Shown here: positions 30,824 to 37,626 of the stretch, one piece after another
Position numbering within the stretch: the stretch's first letter is position 1
Layout of the letters: every line of letters starts with the position of its first letter
IMG/VR virus record: IMGVR_UViG_3300032290_000758
Coordinates: 1 to 55,074 of that record
DNA from: a virus
Taxonomy: Duplodnaviria; Caudoviricetes
Reading direction: 5' to 3' (one strand)
DNA: 55,074 bases
Made by a program: the position numbers and the translations under genes
Notes under the pieces: generated by a model
What the model saw: only the letters and a program-made list of their open reading frames with translations
Database searches by the model: none
Told to the model about the DNA's origin: nothing

Positions 30824-31047
30824 ATTATATTATTTGTATAATTATCTAAAAACTGGTATTCCTCGGCAAGGAAATAAATCGTTTGCCAGTCGTAATAGAA
30901 CTTAGTACGACCCCCGACTGTTAAGGCTTTTATAAAATGTCCTGTTACTAACCGCTCGTGATTCTTCATGAGCCACTGTCGGTAGGGTTTTAAAGGGTAT
31001 TCTAACCCATTTATAACCATTATGTCTTTTGCAAAATCATACCGCAT
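30820..31047 (-). CDS. Hypothetical protein (first gene of leftward replication operon)
   Basis: Divergent from the repressor gene. Confidence 0.55.
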   Translation of the reverse strand: MRYDFAKDIMVINGLEYPLKPYRQWLMKNHERLVTGHFIKALTVGGRTKFYYDWQTIYFLAEEYQFLDNYTNNII

Positions 31048-31152
31048 GGTGTCTAAAATAATAAAACCATATAATAGATAGTTAAAAGATTTTCACAAAG
31101 ATTTGCACAGATATAAAATCTATATTAGATTTACGGTCTAAACAGTCTATAC
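31048..31152. promoter_or_regulatory. Lysis/lysogeny switch region with operator-like palindromes
   Basis: AAATCTA-TAT-TAGATTT (31116-31132) and half-site TAGATAG (31075-31081) between divergent genes. Confidence 0.55.
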
Positions 31153-31482
31153 ATGCTACGAATCAAAAGATCTAAAAAAGATCTAGGTGACTATTCAGAC
31201 ATTAAAGAGAGGTTCAGAAAAGTCAGGCTAGACAAAGGACTTACTCAGGCAGACCTAGCCAAAATTGTTGGATTGTCTGCTAGCTCTGTCGGAGCTATTG
31301 AACAGGGTCTGTACACTCCAAATTTTTCTGTATTACGTGCATTACATAGACGACTAGGGGTTAGCTACACGTATCTTATTGATGGAGAAAACGATAATAC
31401 AGAGGACTTGGTAGCTAAGGCAAAGGGGCTGGAGGAGGAAAATAATATGCTTAAGAAGGTAGTATCCAAGTTGACCAAATAA
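31153..31482 (+). CDS. XRE-family HTH repressor (CI-like)
   Basis: 'VRLDKGLTQADLAKIVGLSASSVGAIEQG..TP...LGVS..YLIDG' plus a C-terminal coiled coil. Confidence 0.9.
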   Translation: MLRIKRSKKDLGDYSDIKERFRKVRLDKGLTQADLAKIVGLSASSVGAIEQGLYTPNFSVLRALHRRLGVSYTYLIDGENDNTEDLVAKAKGLEEENNMLKKVVSKLTK

Positions 31483-31483
31483 A

Positions 31484-31521
31484 AATGCCGCCAGTGTTTT
31501 CACAGAGGCGGCATTGTTTTT
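31484..31521. terminator. Bidirectional terminator between repressor and integrase
   Basis: AATGCCGCC...GGCGGCATT stem flanked by A and T tracts between convergent genes. Confidence 0.7.
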
Positions 31522-31534
31522 AAAATTAATAATA

Positions 31535-32905
31535 CTAGATCCCTAGCTTGCCATAGAAGTTTTCGATCTCAGACTTGTGGCGTTGCTCTACAAACCCTAC
31601 GTACCTATGAAAGGCACCTGAGCCCACACAATGTCCTGAGGCAAACCTAACATGCTCTTCCGATACTCCATTAGCAAGCATGGTGGTAATTGCCGTCTTC
31701 CTTAACATGTGCGGGTGCACCATATCGCAAAGTTTTCCTGATACCTCGACATACTGTCCACGGTGGTTTTTTCTTGAGTATCTATATACTTCGTGCATCT
31801 CAGGATAATGCGCAAGGAACTTTTTAATTGCCCTCCTCGTGTACTGTGCGTTCATATTTTTTAGTGAATAAACCCCTCCGTAATTATCGATATTAAAGGC
31901 TATTTTTTCACTGATAAAACTTGGAAGCGGCATCATGGTTTCTTTCCCTGTTTTTATGTTATCCTTAATTAAGAACCCATCCCCATTTTTGAAACTAAAA
32001 TGGTACGGCATTAAGTTCGTGGCATCGCTAATTCTTAAGGAGGTTACTAGCATGATTGCAGTAATCTCCCACATAAACTTGTTCTCGTTCGAGAATTTGT
32101 GATAAAAATTATGCTTGTCATTCAAAAATGCCTTGATAAATTCCTCAGGAAGGGTGACTATAGGGGTCTGGTAGCTTTCTATTCTTGTTACTTTAGGCAG
32201 GGTCAAGAAAAGCTCATCTTTCCAGTAGTTAATCATTAACCCGACAATATTAAGCATATTAGACCTTGTGTTAATATCATACCCTTGATCTAGCATGTAG
32301 TTTTTAAGGTTTTCTAAGTGCTTATTTAGCTTATCTGCTATTTCTTTCTTCTGTCGCAAGTCCTTACCCGTCAAGTCTAGATCCATGATATCTAATGTGC
32401 CATATTTGGCGGCAAAAAATTCATAAGATCTTTGGCAGAACCGGTAAGCCCTTATACTAGCCTCCCTAAATGGCATATTTTTCTTGGTCTTAATTTTACC
32501 AGAAATCATACCCTGAACATATTCGTGAAGAAGAGAGGTGATCGAATATTGGTCCATTTCCACCACCTCTACAATTGGGGTGGTGAACTCCTGTTTAACT
32601 TTCTCTAAATCCTTATGCATATCGAAGAGCTGAGTGAGCAACACCTTTTGGCGAGACAAGTCTATATTTAGCATGCCTACGTCCGGGGTTGTACCCGCAA
32701 ATTGTTCGCGGCTAGGGAGCCATTTTACATGGCTTGGAACCCTGATGCCAGTGCTTAATCTGACCATGTCTTTTTGATGATAAATCCTACAGTAGATTGA
32801 GTTTGCTCGTTGATAAAATGTCATTTTCATGGGTAATAGTTTTTGTAAAAATATTAGGGTTAAATGGCCGTTTTTTAAGAAACTAACACAGGTTGATAGC
32901 TTCAA
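31535..32905 (-). CDS. int: Tyrosine integrase (Bacteroidetes type; start probably 32830)
   Basis: Catalytic R (SLRISD), K (NIKTG), HxxR (HMLRKT), H (SGH), Y (HRYV); N-terminal 'RLSTGI' arm-binding domain. Confidence 0.9.
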   Translation of the reverse strand: MKLSTCVSFLKNGHLTLIFLQKLLPMKMTFYQRANSIYCRIYHQKDMVRLSTGIRVPSHVKWLPSREQFAGTTPDVGMLNIDLSRQKVLLTQLFDMHKDLEKVKQEFTTPIVEVVEMDQYSITSLLHEYVQGMISGKIKTKKNMPFREASIRAYRFCQRSYEFFAAKYGTLDIMDLDLTGKDLRQKKEIADKLNKHLENLKNYMLDQGYDINTRSNMLNIVGLMINYWKDELFLTLPKVTRIESYQTPIVTLPEEFIKAFLNDKHNFYHKFSNENKFMWEITAIMLVTSLRISDATNLMPYHFSFKNGDGFLIKDNIKTGKETMMPLPSFISEKIAFNIDNYGGVYSLKNMNAQYTRRAIKKFLAHYPEMHEVYRYSRKNHRGQYVEVSGKLCDMVHPHMLRKTAITTMLANGVSEEHVRFASGHCVGSGAFHRYVGFVEQRHKSEIENFYGKLGI

Positions 32906-33230
32906 AAAATGGTGTGCAAAAATTTGATAAAACTTAAGCCAGACAAGGGTTACGGCGGCTTCTTAGAGACCCACAAAAACACCGAGCTGCACACAAAAAG
33001 TTGCACAGTTTGGAGCAACTTATTGATAGTCAGTGCTGCAAAGAATAATATTAAGATATCCATGAGAGACTTTTCAATTGCAAACTTATTCATTAACAAC
33101 ATAATACATATTACTTCACAGAATATTTAACAAAAGTTGCACAGATTTTCTTGAAATAGTTGCACATGTGTTTTTGATCCATTCCCCAATGAAAATACAA
33201 CATTTATCAACAAAATGTTTCACAGATTAT
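32906..33230. other. Putative attP region with arm-type repeats
   Basis: AG(T/C)TGCACA at 32985, 32999, 33135 and 33158, as two pairs flanking a ~125-bp centre next to the integrase. Confidence 0.6.
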
Positions 33231-33281
33231 TTTTTTACGATGATCATATAATTACTACATCAATATTTAACATTAATCATA

Positions 33282-33623
33282 TTAAGCGCCAATCTTTCTA
33301 ATCATTTGGATCACCTCTTCAATACCCTCACCCATAGGCGATTCTTTTTCTGTAGCCAATCTGCTTAGATTATCATATAAGAGCGCATACTCATCATCTG
33401 ATCTGTATCGTGACTTATGTAGCTTTCTGTAGTGAACGATTGACGTATGATCTTTACCCATCAGTCTTCCTACTTCTACTGTAGTCATCCCATAATGCTT
33501 GGTAAGGATGTTGCCGATGGCAAAGCGGATCCGGACAACGTCAGCTGATTTTCTTCTGGTTTTTCTGATATCGATTTTACGGAGACTGATACCTGCTTCG
33601 CATAGTTGGTCGAATAACTGCAT
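33282..33623 (-). CDS. DnaA C-terminal (domain IV)-like HTH protein
   Basis: 'KTRRK..VVRIR...MTTVEVGRLMGKDHTSIVHY' resembles the DnaA 'RDHTTV.H' motif. Confidence 0.75.
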   Translation of the reverse strand: MQLFDQLCEAGISLRKIDIRKTRRKSADVVRIRFAIGNILTKHYGMTTVEVGRLMGKDHTSIVHYRKLHKSRYRSDDEYALLYDNLSRLATEKESPMGEGIEEVIQMIRKIGA

Positions 33624-33778
33624 GATTCGTATTTTTTTATTAGGTCAATGATTGCTTCTGATAATTCCTCATTAATTAGTTTTAGCCTCCTCACTGTTGG
33701 TATGTTCTTCTCTTCTAGCTTCGTTAACTCCTCGTTGATTAGTAGAAATACTTTTTTTGCTGCTTGTAGTCGGTTCAT
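33485..33778 (-). CDS. Hypothetical coiled-coil protein
   Basis: ATG after an AACCAAACCAT leader; long overlap with the next gene. Confidence 0.4.
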   Translation of the reverse strand: MNRLQAAKKVFLLINEELTKLEEKNIPTVRRLKLINEELSEAIIDLIKKYESCSYSTNYAKQVSVSVKSISEKPEENQLTLSGSALPSATSLPSIMG

Positions 33779-33899
33779 ATGGTTTGGTTAATAGGTTATA
33801 TATGTAATTGTACCACTCATTTTCCGGTAGTGGATGTTCAGGGTAAACAGTTTTTACTTTCATTTTTATAGGATTTGGTAAAATAATTGTATTCATCAT
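33672..33899 (-). CDS. Hypothetical protein
   Basis: 'KTVYPEHPLPENEWYNYI'. Confidence 0.5.
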   Translation of the reverse strand: MMNTIILPNPIKMKVKTVYPEHPLPENEWYNYIYNLLTKPYEPTTSSKKSISTNQRGVNEARREEHTNSEEAKTN

Positions 33900-33927
33900 T
33901 AGATATGATTTAAAGATTTCTTTCTCC

Positions 33928-34242
33928 TCAATCTGTAGTTGCCTCGCTCTCTAGATCAGTGCCGAATGAATCGGATACATCATCATTATTATTTTTTGCG
34001 GTTGTGTTTGCATCGTAAATAATTTGAAGGTTTTCACCAACCCATTGAAATGATATGGTTTTAGGCTTGTATAGTGCATGCTGTGCCCACCATTGAAGAA
34101 GATAGCCTAGCTTACCTATTTCCAGTTCTTTAAATTGATGCACTGGTATGCCTTCTGGTTTAAATGCACCAATATAGTATGGGTACAGGGTGAAAGACTG
34201 GCGATCTTTAATAGCTGCAAGTACTTGGTCAAATAGCATCAT
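33928..34242 (-). CDS. Hypothetical protein
   Basis: ORF coupled to the upstream stop (ATGA overlap). Confidence 0.55.
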   Translation of the reverse strand: MMLFDQVLAAIKDRQSFTLYPYYIGAFKPEGIPVHQFKELEIGKLGYLLQWWAQHALYKPKTISFQWVGENLQIIYDANTTAKNNNDDVSDSFGTDLESEATTD

Positions 34243-34445
34243 CGGAATGTGATTTTTTTGTTTAGTTTAGGGCTATGGCACTTTGACTTCCGCCTAATGT
34301 ATTCACAGATATTTCCAACGGGTATACCCGTAAACTTTGAAGCTTCTGATCTTGACTCGAAAGTTCCGAGCAGTATTTTTTCTTCGATGTCAAATACCTT
34401 AGTGCGAACGCCGGATACAAATAGCCCGATTCGTTCTAGTCTCAT
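34239..34445 (-). CDS. NUMOD1-like DNA-binding protein
   Basis: 'VFDIE...LGTFESRSEASKFTGI..GNI'. Confidence 0.65.
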   Translation of the reverse strand: MRLERIGLFVSGVRTKVFDIEEKILLGTFESRSEASKFTGIPVGNICEYIRRKSKCHSPKLNKKITFR

Positions 34446-34463
34446 ATATCTCTTCGATATCTT

Positions 34464-34664
34464 TTATTGTGATATTTTGGTTATTAAAATCCCGTCAGGA
34501 GTTCTTTCTACTAGAAAACCATTTCTTTCAAGCGTGCTGAGATGTTCTTCTTGAGACATAATGTATCCATCAGTTTTTGAGAATCCTACTGAATCATGTA
34601 ATTGTCCAGTCAATGTTTCTTTTATTTTGATGCTGGACTTGCGGCTGAATGCATTCTCGTTCAT
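34464..34664 (-). CDS. Hypothetical early protein
   Basis: Small ORF in the early operon. Confidence 0.5.
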   Translation of the reverse strand: MNENAFSRKSSIKIKETLTGQLHDSVGFSKTDGYIMSQEEHLSTLERNGFLVERTPDGILITKISQ

Positions 34665-34855
34665 GGGTTGTTTTTCAGGGTTGTTAATACGTCTTTCATT
34701 CTGTCAAGCTTGTTTAATACTGCTGCTAGCTCTATCCCTTTTAATTCTTGCTTGATTTTGTTCTCTAGCTGTAGACCTTCATCATATCTACGATGATCAT
34801 CCGTCATGACATAGTAAGGGTCATAATCAGCTAACATTTTTATTATATTTTTCAT
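34661..34855 (-). CDS. Hypothetical early protein
   Basis: 'YDPYYVMTDDHRRY..G' small phage protein motif. Confidence 0.6.
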   Translation of the reverse strand: MKNIIKMLADYDPYYVMTDDHRRYDEGLQLENKIKQELKGIELAAVLNKLDRMKDVLTTLKNNP

Positions 34856-34869
34856 TTGGAATGCTTTTT

Positions 34870-34925
34870 AAAAAATAATCCCCCCTAGTGCCTTACCAAA
34901 ACCCATTAGAAGGCAGTTCGGGGGG
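34870..34925 (-). terminator. Long hairpin with internal loop followed by U-tract (terminator/attenuator)
   Basis: Minus: CCCCCC-GAAC-UGCCUU-loop-AAGGCA-CUAG-GGGGG then AUUAUUUUUU. Confidence 0.55.
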
Positions 34926-34952
34926 TGTCCCATCATATTAATGTCCTCAGGG

Positions 34953-35129
34953 TTATGGACAGATCGCTACTAAACCTAGATTGATTGCTCTCTCTCCTTC
35001 ATCTGGCGTGGCGAACTCTATAATTAAGGGCCATTGCCTGCGATCATCGTATTGACCAATGATCTCAAACTCGAATTCTTCATTCTCAAGCTCTCTAACA
35101 TCTGAGGGTGTGTGGATTAAGTATTTCAT
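34953..35129 (-). CDS. Hypothetical acidic early protein
   Basis: ATG at 35129 just after the upstream stop. Confidence 0.5.
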   Translation of the reverse strand: MKYLIHTPSDVRELENEEFEFEIIGQYDDRRQWPLIIEFATPDEGERAINLGLVAICP

Positions 35130-35131
35130 AT

Positions 35132-35302
35132 TTATATTTTTTGATACCGCTTCCATCCGGCTTTTTTAATGTCGGCTTCAGCTAATTCTCTGTATTCTTT
35201 TCGCAGTTCGGCGCGCTTCTTTTTGTCTTTGCATTTGTGGTACTGCTCCCACACCTCGTCAATGCGATCTAAGACAACGAGGTTGTCGTAAACCTTATTC
35301 AT
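35132..35302 (-). CDS. Small basic early protein (56 aa, not in ORF track)
   Basis: MNKVYDNLVVLDRIDEVWEQYHKCKDKKKRAELRKEY...; ATG 18 nt after the hammerhead cleavage site. Confidence 0.55.
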   Translation of the reverse strand: MNKVYDNLVVLDRIDEVWEQYHKCKDKKKRAELRKEYRELAEADIKKAGWKRYQKI

Positions 35303-35314
35303 GGCCTATGTTTT

Positions 35315-35459
35315 GGTTAAGACGATGCGGATACCCGTTGCGGAGTGGCGATTTGTCCCCCGCCGTTTGCCCTATCGGGATCGCTCATTCGGGGTATCTT
35401 TTACACGCTTGTACTTCACGTGTGCATCGTTTCGGATAATGAATCCTCATCAATTAACC
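35315..35459 (-). ncRNA. Type I hammerhead ribozyme, U3 core variant, with 95-nt insertion in stem III
   Basis: Minus: GGUUAA-UUGAUGA-GGAU(UCAUU)AUCC-GAAA-CGAUGC...[95 nt]...GCAUCG-UC^UUAACC; all three stems are perfectly paired. Confidence 0.8.
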
Positions 35460-35471
35460 TCTGTTTGGCAT

Positions 35472-35765
35472 CTAGTTGTTGGATGTGATTACATTAATTA
35501 AACAGTCTTTGTATTTGTAAGGGTCAGATAAATATCTTTTGACTTCTGATTTTTCTAATTCAGATGGCTCGCCTAATAATTCTAAAGGGATGGAATATAT
35601 TAGATGCCCAAATTCCGCTCCATTTTTTAGTTCAAATCCAATATCGGCATAAAGGCTCTGCCCGTACTCCTCTAATTCAGGGTCGTCTTCTTTGCGTTCA
35701 TATAAAACAAGCGCACCTTTGGGCCAGCCTTTAAAATCCTGATTTAGTTTAAATAGATCTTGCAT
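35472..35765 (-). CDS. Hypothetical early protein
   Basis: 97-aa ORF with A-rich leader. Confidence 0.55.
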   Translation of the reverse strand: MQDLFKLNQDFKGWPKGALVLYERKEDDPELEEYGQSLYADIGFELKNGAEFGHLIYSIPLELLGEPSELEKSEVKRYLSDPYKYKDCLINVITSNN

Positions 35766-35791
35766 AGGTTTAATTTTTTGTGGTTCGGGGA

Positions 35792-35875
35792 TTACATTGA
35801 ATACTTGTCTGCAATAAGGTTGACGAACTTTAGAACTACAATGAGTACTATTAGTAAAGCAATAAGCTGTTTCAT
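35792..35875 (-). CDS. 27-aa hydrophobic peptide (not in ORF track)
   Basis: MKQLIALLIVLIVVLKFVNLIADKYSM; A-rich leader. Confidence 0.45.
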   Translation of the reverse strand: MKQLIALLIVLIVVLKFVNLIADKYSM

Positions 35876-35934
35876 GATTTTTATTTTATAGGTTATTTTA
35901 TTAGCGGTGGCATTTTTGACTGCCTACTGCATTT

Positions 35935-36210
35935 CTATTGGCAGCACAGATCCCATGGTTCAAGATTTTTGATTTTTTCTTCATCGAGGTCGAACATTTC
36001 GATGATAAAAGAGGCCAAATCTTGACGAGTCTCTTCTGAGCTGAGGTCGTTGGTTCCTATCTGGAATGCGACCTGTGTACCTGTCATGCCTAGGGATCGG
36101 GAGCAAAACTTACTGTCTTGACCTAGATAGAACTCTTTTCCAAATGCTTTAAGTGTCCAGTCACGACCGAAGCCATATGCCCCGGGAGTAGTTTCGATAA
36201 TAGGTTTCAT
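35935..36210 (-). CDS. Hypothetical early protein
   Basis: 'FYLGQDSKFCSR.LGM' conserved-looking core. Confidence 0.6.
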   Translation of the reverse strand: MKPIIETTPGAYGFGRDWTLKAFGKEFYLGQDSKFCSRSLGMTGTQVAFQIGTNDLSSEETRQDLASFIIEMFDLDEEKIKNLEPWDLCCQ

Positions 36211-36223
36211 GGTAATAGGGTTT

Positions 36224-36281
36224 GGTGAGGACTGCCTCCGGTCTCGATCCGGGCGCCATCAAAATGGGGGCAGTTCGGGGG
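36224..36281 (-). ncRNA. tRNA-like three-way-junction element
   Basis: Minus: an ACUGCC/GGCAGU stem encloses CCAU(UUUG)AUGG and the T-arm-like CCGG(AUCGAGA)CCGG, followed by CCUCACCA. Confidence 0.45.
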
Positions 36282-36296
36282 AAATGTAGTTATACT

Positions 36297-36491
36297 CTAT
36301 AATAGAGAAGCACGTCTACAAAGAATGGCCCAGCGGATATCTCTCATGATCTGTTGAGGATCGCCGCCTAATTGCTTAAGGATATACTTGGTGCGGTTAT
36401 GGGTGGAGAAAGAAGCTTCAGTTCTCCGGATCACGACGCCATTTGCTTTGGCGGTGAAAATGGGGGTTTTGATGCGGGTTCTGGTTTTCAT
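36297..36491 (-). CDS. Basic hypothetical protein (first early gene)
   Basis: ATG 8 nt after the hammerhead; R/K-rich. Confidence 0.55.
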   Translation of the reverse strand: MKTRTRIKTPIFTAKANGVVIRRTEASFSTHNRTKYILKQLGGDPQQIMRDIRWAILCRRASLL

Positions 36492-36499
36492 GGTATAGC

Positions 36500-36550
36500 A
36501 GGGTTTCGTCCTTCTGGACTCATCAGTACGGGAATATACCCGTAGACCCT
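36500..36550 (-). ncRNA. Type III hammerhead ribozyme
   Basis: Minus: AGGGUC^UACGGG(UAUAUU)CCCGUA-CUGAUGA-GUCC(AGAA)GGAC-GAAA-CCCU; perfect core and stems; cleavage between 36545 and 36544. Confidence 0.95.
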
Positions 36551-36781
36551 TTGACTTACCGGGAAGATATCAGTGATAAATCGCCTGACTCATTCGCCCT
36601 GTGCAGGTTAGTCCTTTCGGTTCTCTAACCCCAACACCCTAACTGCAACTGGTGCAGGTTTGGCGCGACATTTGGAGTATATTCACTCCGGCTACTCATT
36701 TGCGAGCCTGTTCGATGCCCGCTGAGATTTTAAGAACTAAGCTATCTGATATCTAGAGTTAAACTCTATTTCCGATAGCCA
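36551..36781 (-). ncRNA. Structured 5' leader/ncRNA released by the hammerhead
   Basis: ORF-free and GC-richer than its flanks; hairpins GCUAUC/GAUAGC (enclosing UAGAGUU/AACUCUA), GGAGU/ACUCC and GGUUAG..CC-GAAA-GG..CUAACC. Confidence 0.5.
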
Positions 36782-36784
36782 GTG

Positions 36785-36815
36785 CGATATTATCAACCAA
36801 TTTTCATACTCCAAA
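36785..36815 (-). promoter_or_regulatory. Host sigma-type early promoter
   Basis: Minus: TTTG-N19-TAATATCG, matching the Bacteroidetes -33/-7 layout (TTTG-N19-21-TAnnTTTG) with two mismatches. Confidence 0.5.
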
Positions 36816-36911
36816 TATTTATTACACTTTTTTTCAAAAATTGTAATATTTACTTATATATAAGTTAATCGAAAACACTTAAATGCATGTTTTTTAGGGT
36901 TCGGGGGCATA

Positions 36912-37232
36912 CTAAAGCCTATAATTCCGTAAGTAGTTAATAACATAAAATAGATACTCCCTTCCCTTAGCACTAAGAGTATACTGGAAATCTGTCTTCT
37001 CAATCAATCCCGATCTAATTAGCTTATGTAGGGACTGCGCTAGATAACTAGGGTCATCCTGCTTTCCGTACTTCTTGCATAAAGATTTAAGCATGGCAAA
37101 GCGCATAGACCCGCGACGCTTCAACATCATGAGCAGGGCCAGCTGGTGATGGTTGGGAACAGGGATATCCAGACGCGCCGACATCTTGCGCAGACATTGC
37201 TCCCAGATTAGTAGGTACTTATCGAGTATCAT
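36912..37232 (-). CDS. Winged-helix (MarR-like) transcription regulator
   Basis: 'SLHKLIRSGLIEK...YTLSAKGREYL'. Confidence 0.7.
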   Translation of the reverse strand: MILDKYLLIWEQCLRKMSARLDIPVPNHHQLALLMMLKRRGSMRFAMLKSLCKKYGKQDDPSYLAQSLHKLIRSGLIEKTDFQYTLSAKGREYLFYVINYLRNYRL

Positions 37233-37263
37233 TTTAGAAAAGAGGGAGGGGGGTTATTAGGAT

Positions 37264-37299
37264 TGTATACACACACGCGCAAACACACGCACGCGCGCA
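37264..37299. repeat. Alternating purine-pyrimidine (CA/CG) tract
   Basis: TGTATACACACACGCGCA-A-ACACACGCACGCGCGCA. Confidence 0.7.
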
Positions 37300-37626
37300 G
37301 GTTTCCCCACATTCCGCGTTTCCTTTTCCAACTAAAAGTTTCACAGTTTCTCATATAGGTGTGCAACTCTGATATTATATATTACTGTGTAGCAGTCTTT
37401 TATGGTTATGTAGTTGTTAACTGAGTCTTAATAGGAGCCCTAAAATGGAATTCAAAATTGGCCATTCATACCCCACCCAGTCTCGCATTCCGAGTTCGCG
37501 TTTTGGGCCCGACCCGGTCCAAAATATATATAACCCCCACCCTGCGTCCACATGAATCACTCCATTTTTTTGGGGGTGGTTTTTCACTTGTTTTTGCATG
37601 GGGTTGTGTATTTAATAAGAGGCTCG

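Noticed and set aside
32909-33130. 73-aa + strand ORF next to the integrase
   Set aside because: It overlaps the attP-like repeats and has no recognisable protein features
32985-33166. CRISPR-like repeats
   Set aside because: The repeats are only 9-13 bp, irregularly spaced and have no cas genes; they fit integrase arm sites
35329-35423. c-di-GMP-I riboswitch resemblance (GGCAAAC...GGGAC)
   Set aside because: The GNRA-capped P2 stem and the GCAAAG/P3 elements are missing
35301-35501. 66-aa + strand ORF
   Set aside because: It is antisense to the early operon and is explained by the GC-rich hammerhead on the minus strand
36224-36296. Possible true tRNA, or twister/HDV-like (theta) ribozyme
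   Set aside because: It lacks a full cloverleaf and I could not build the required pseudoknots; kept only as tRNA-like
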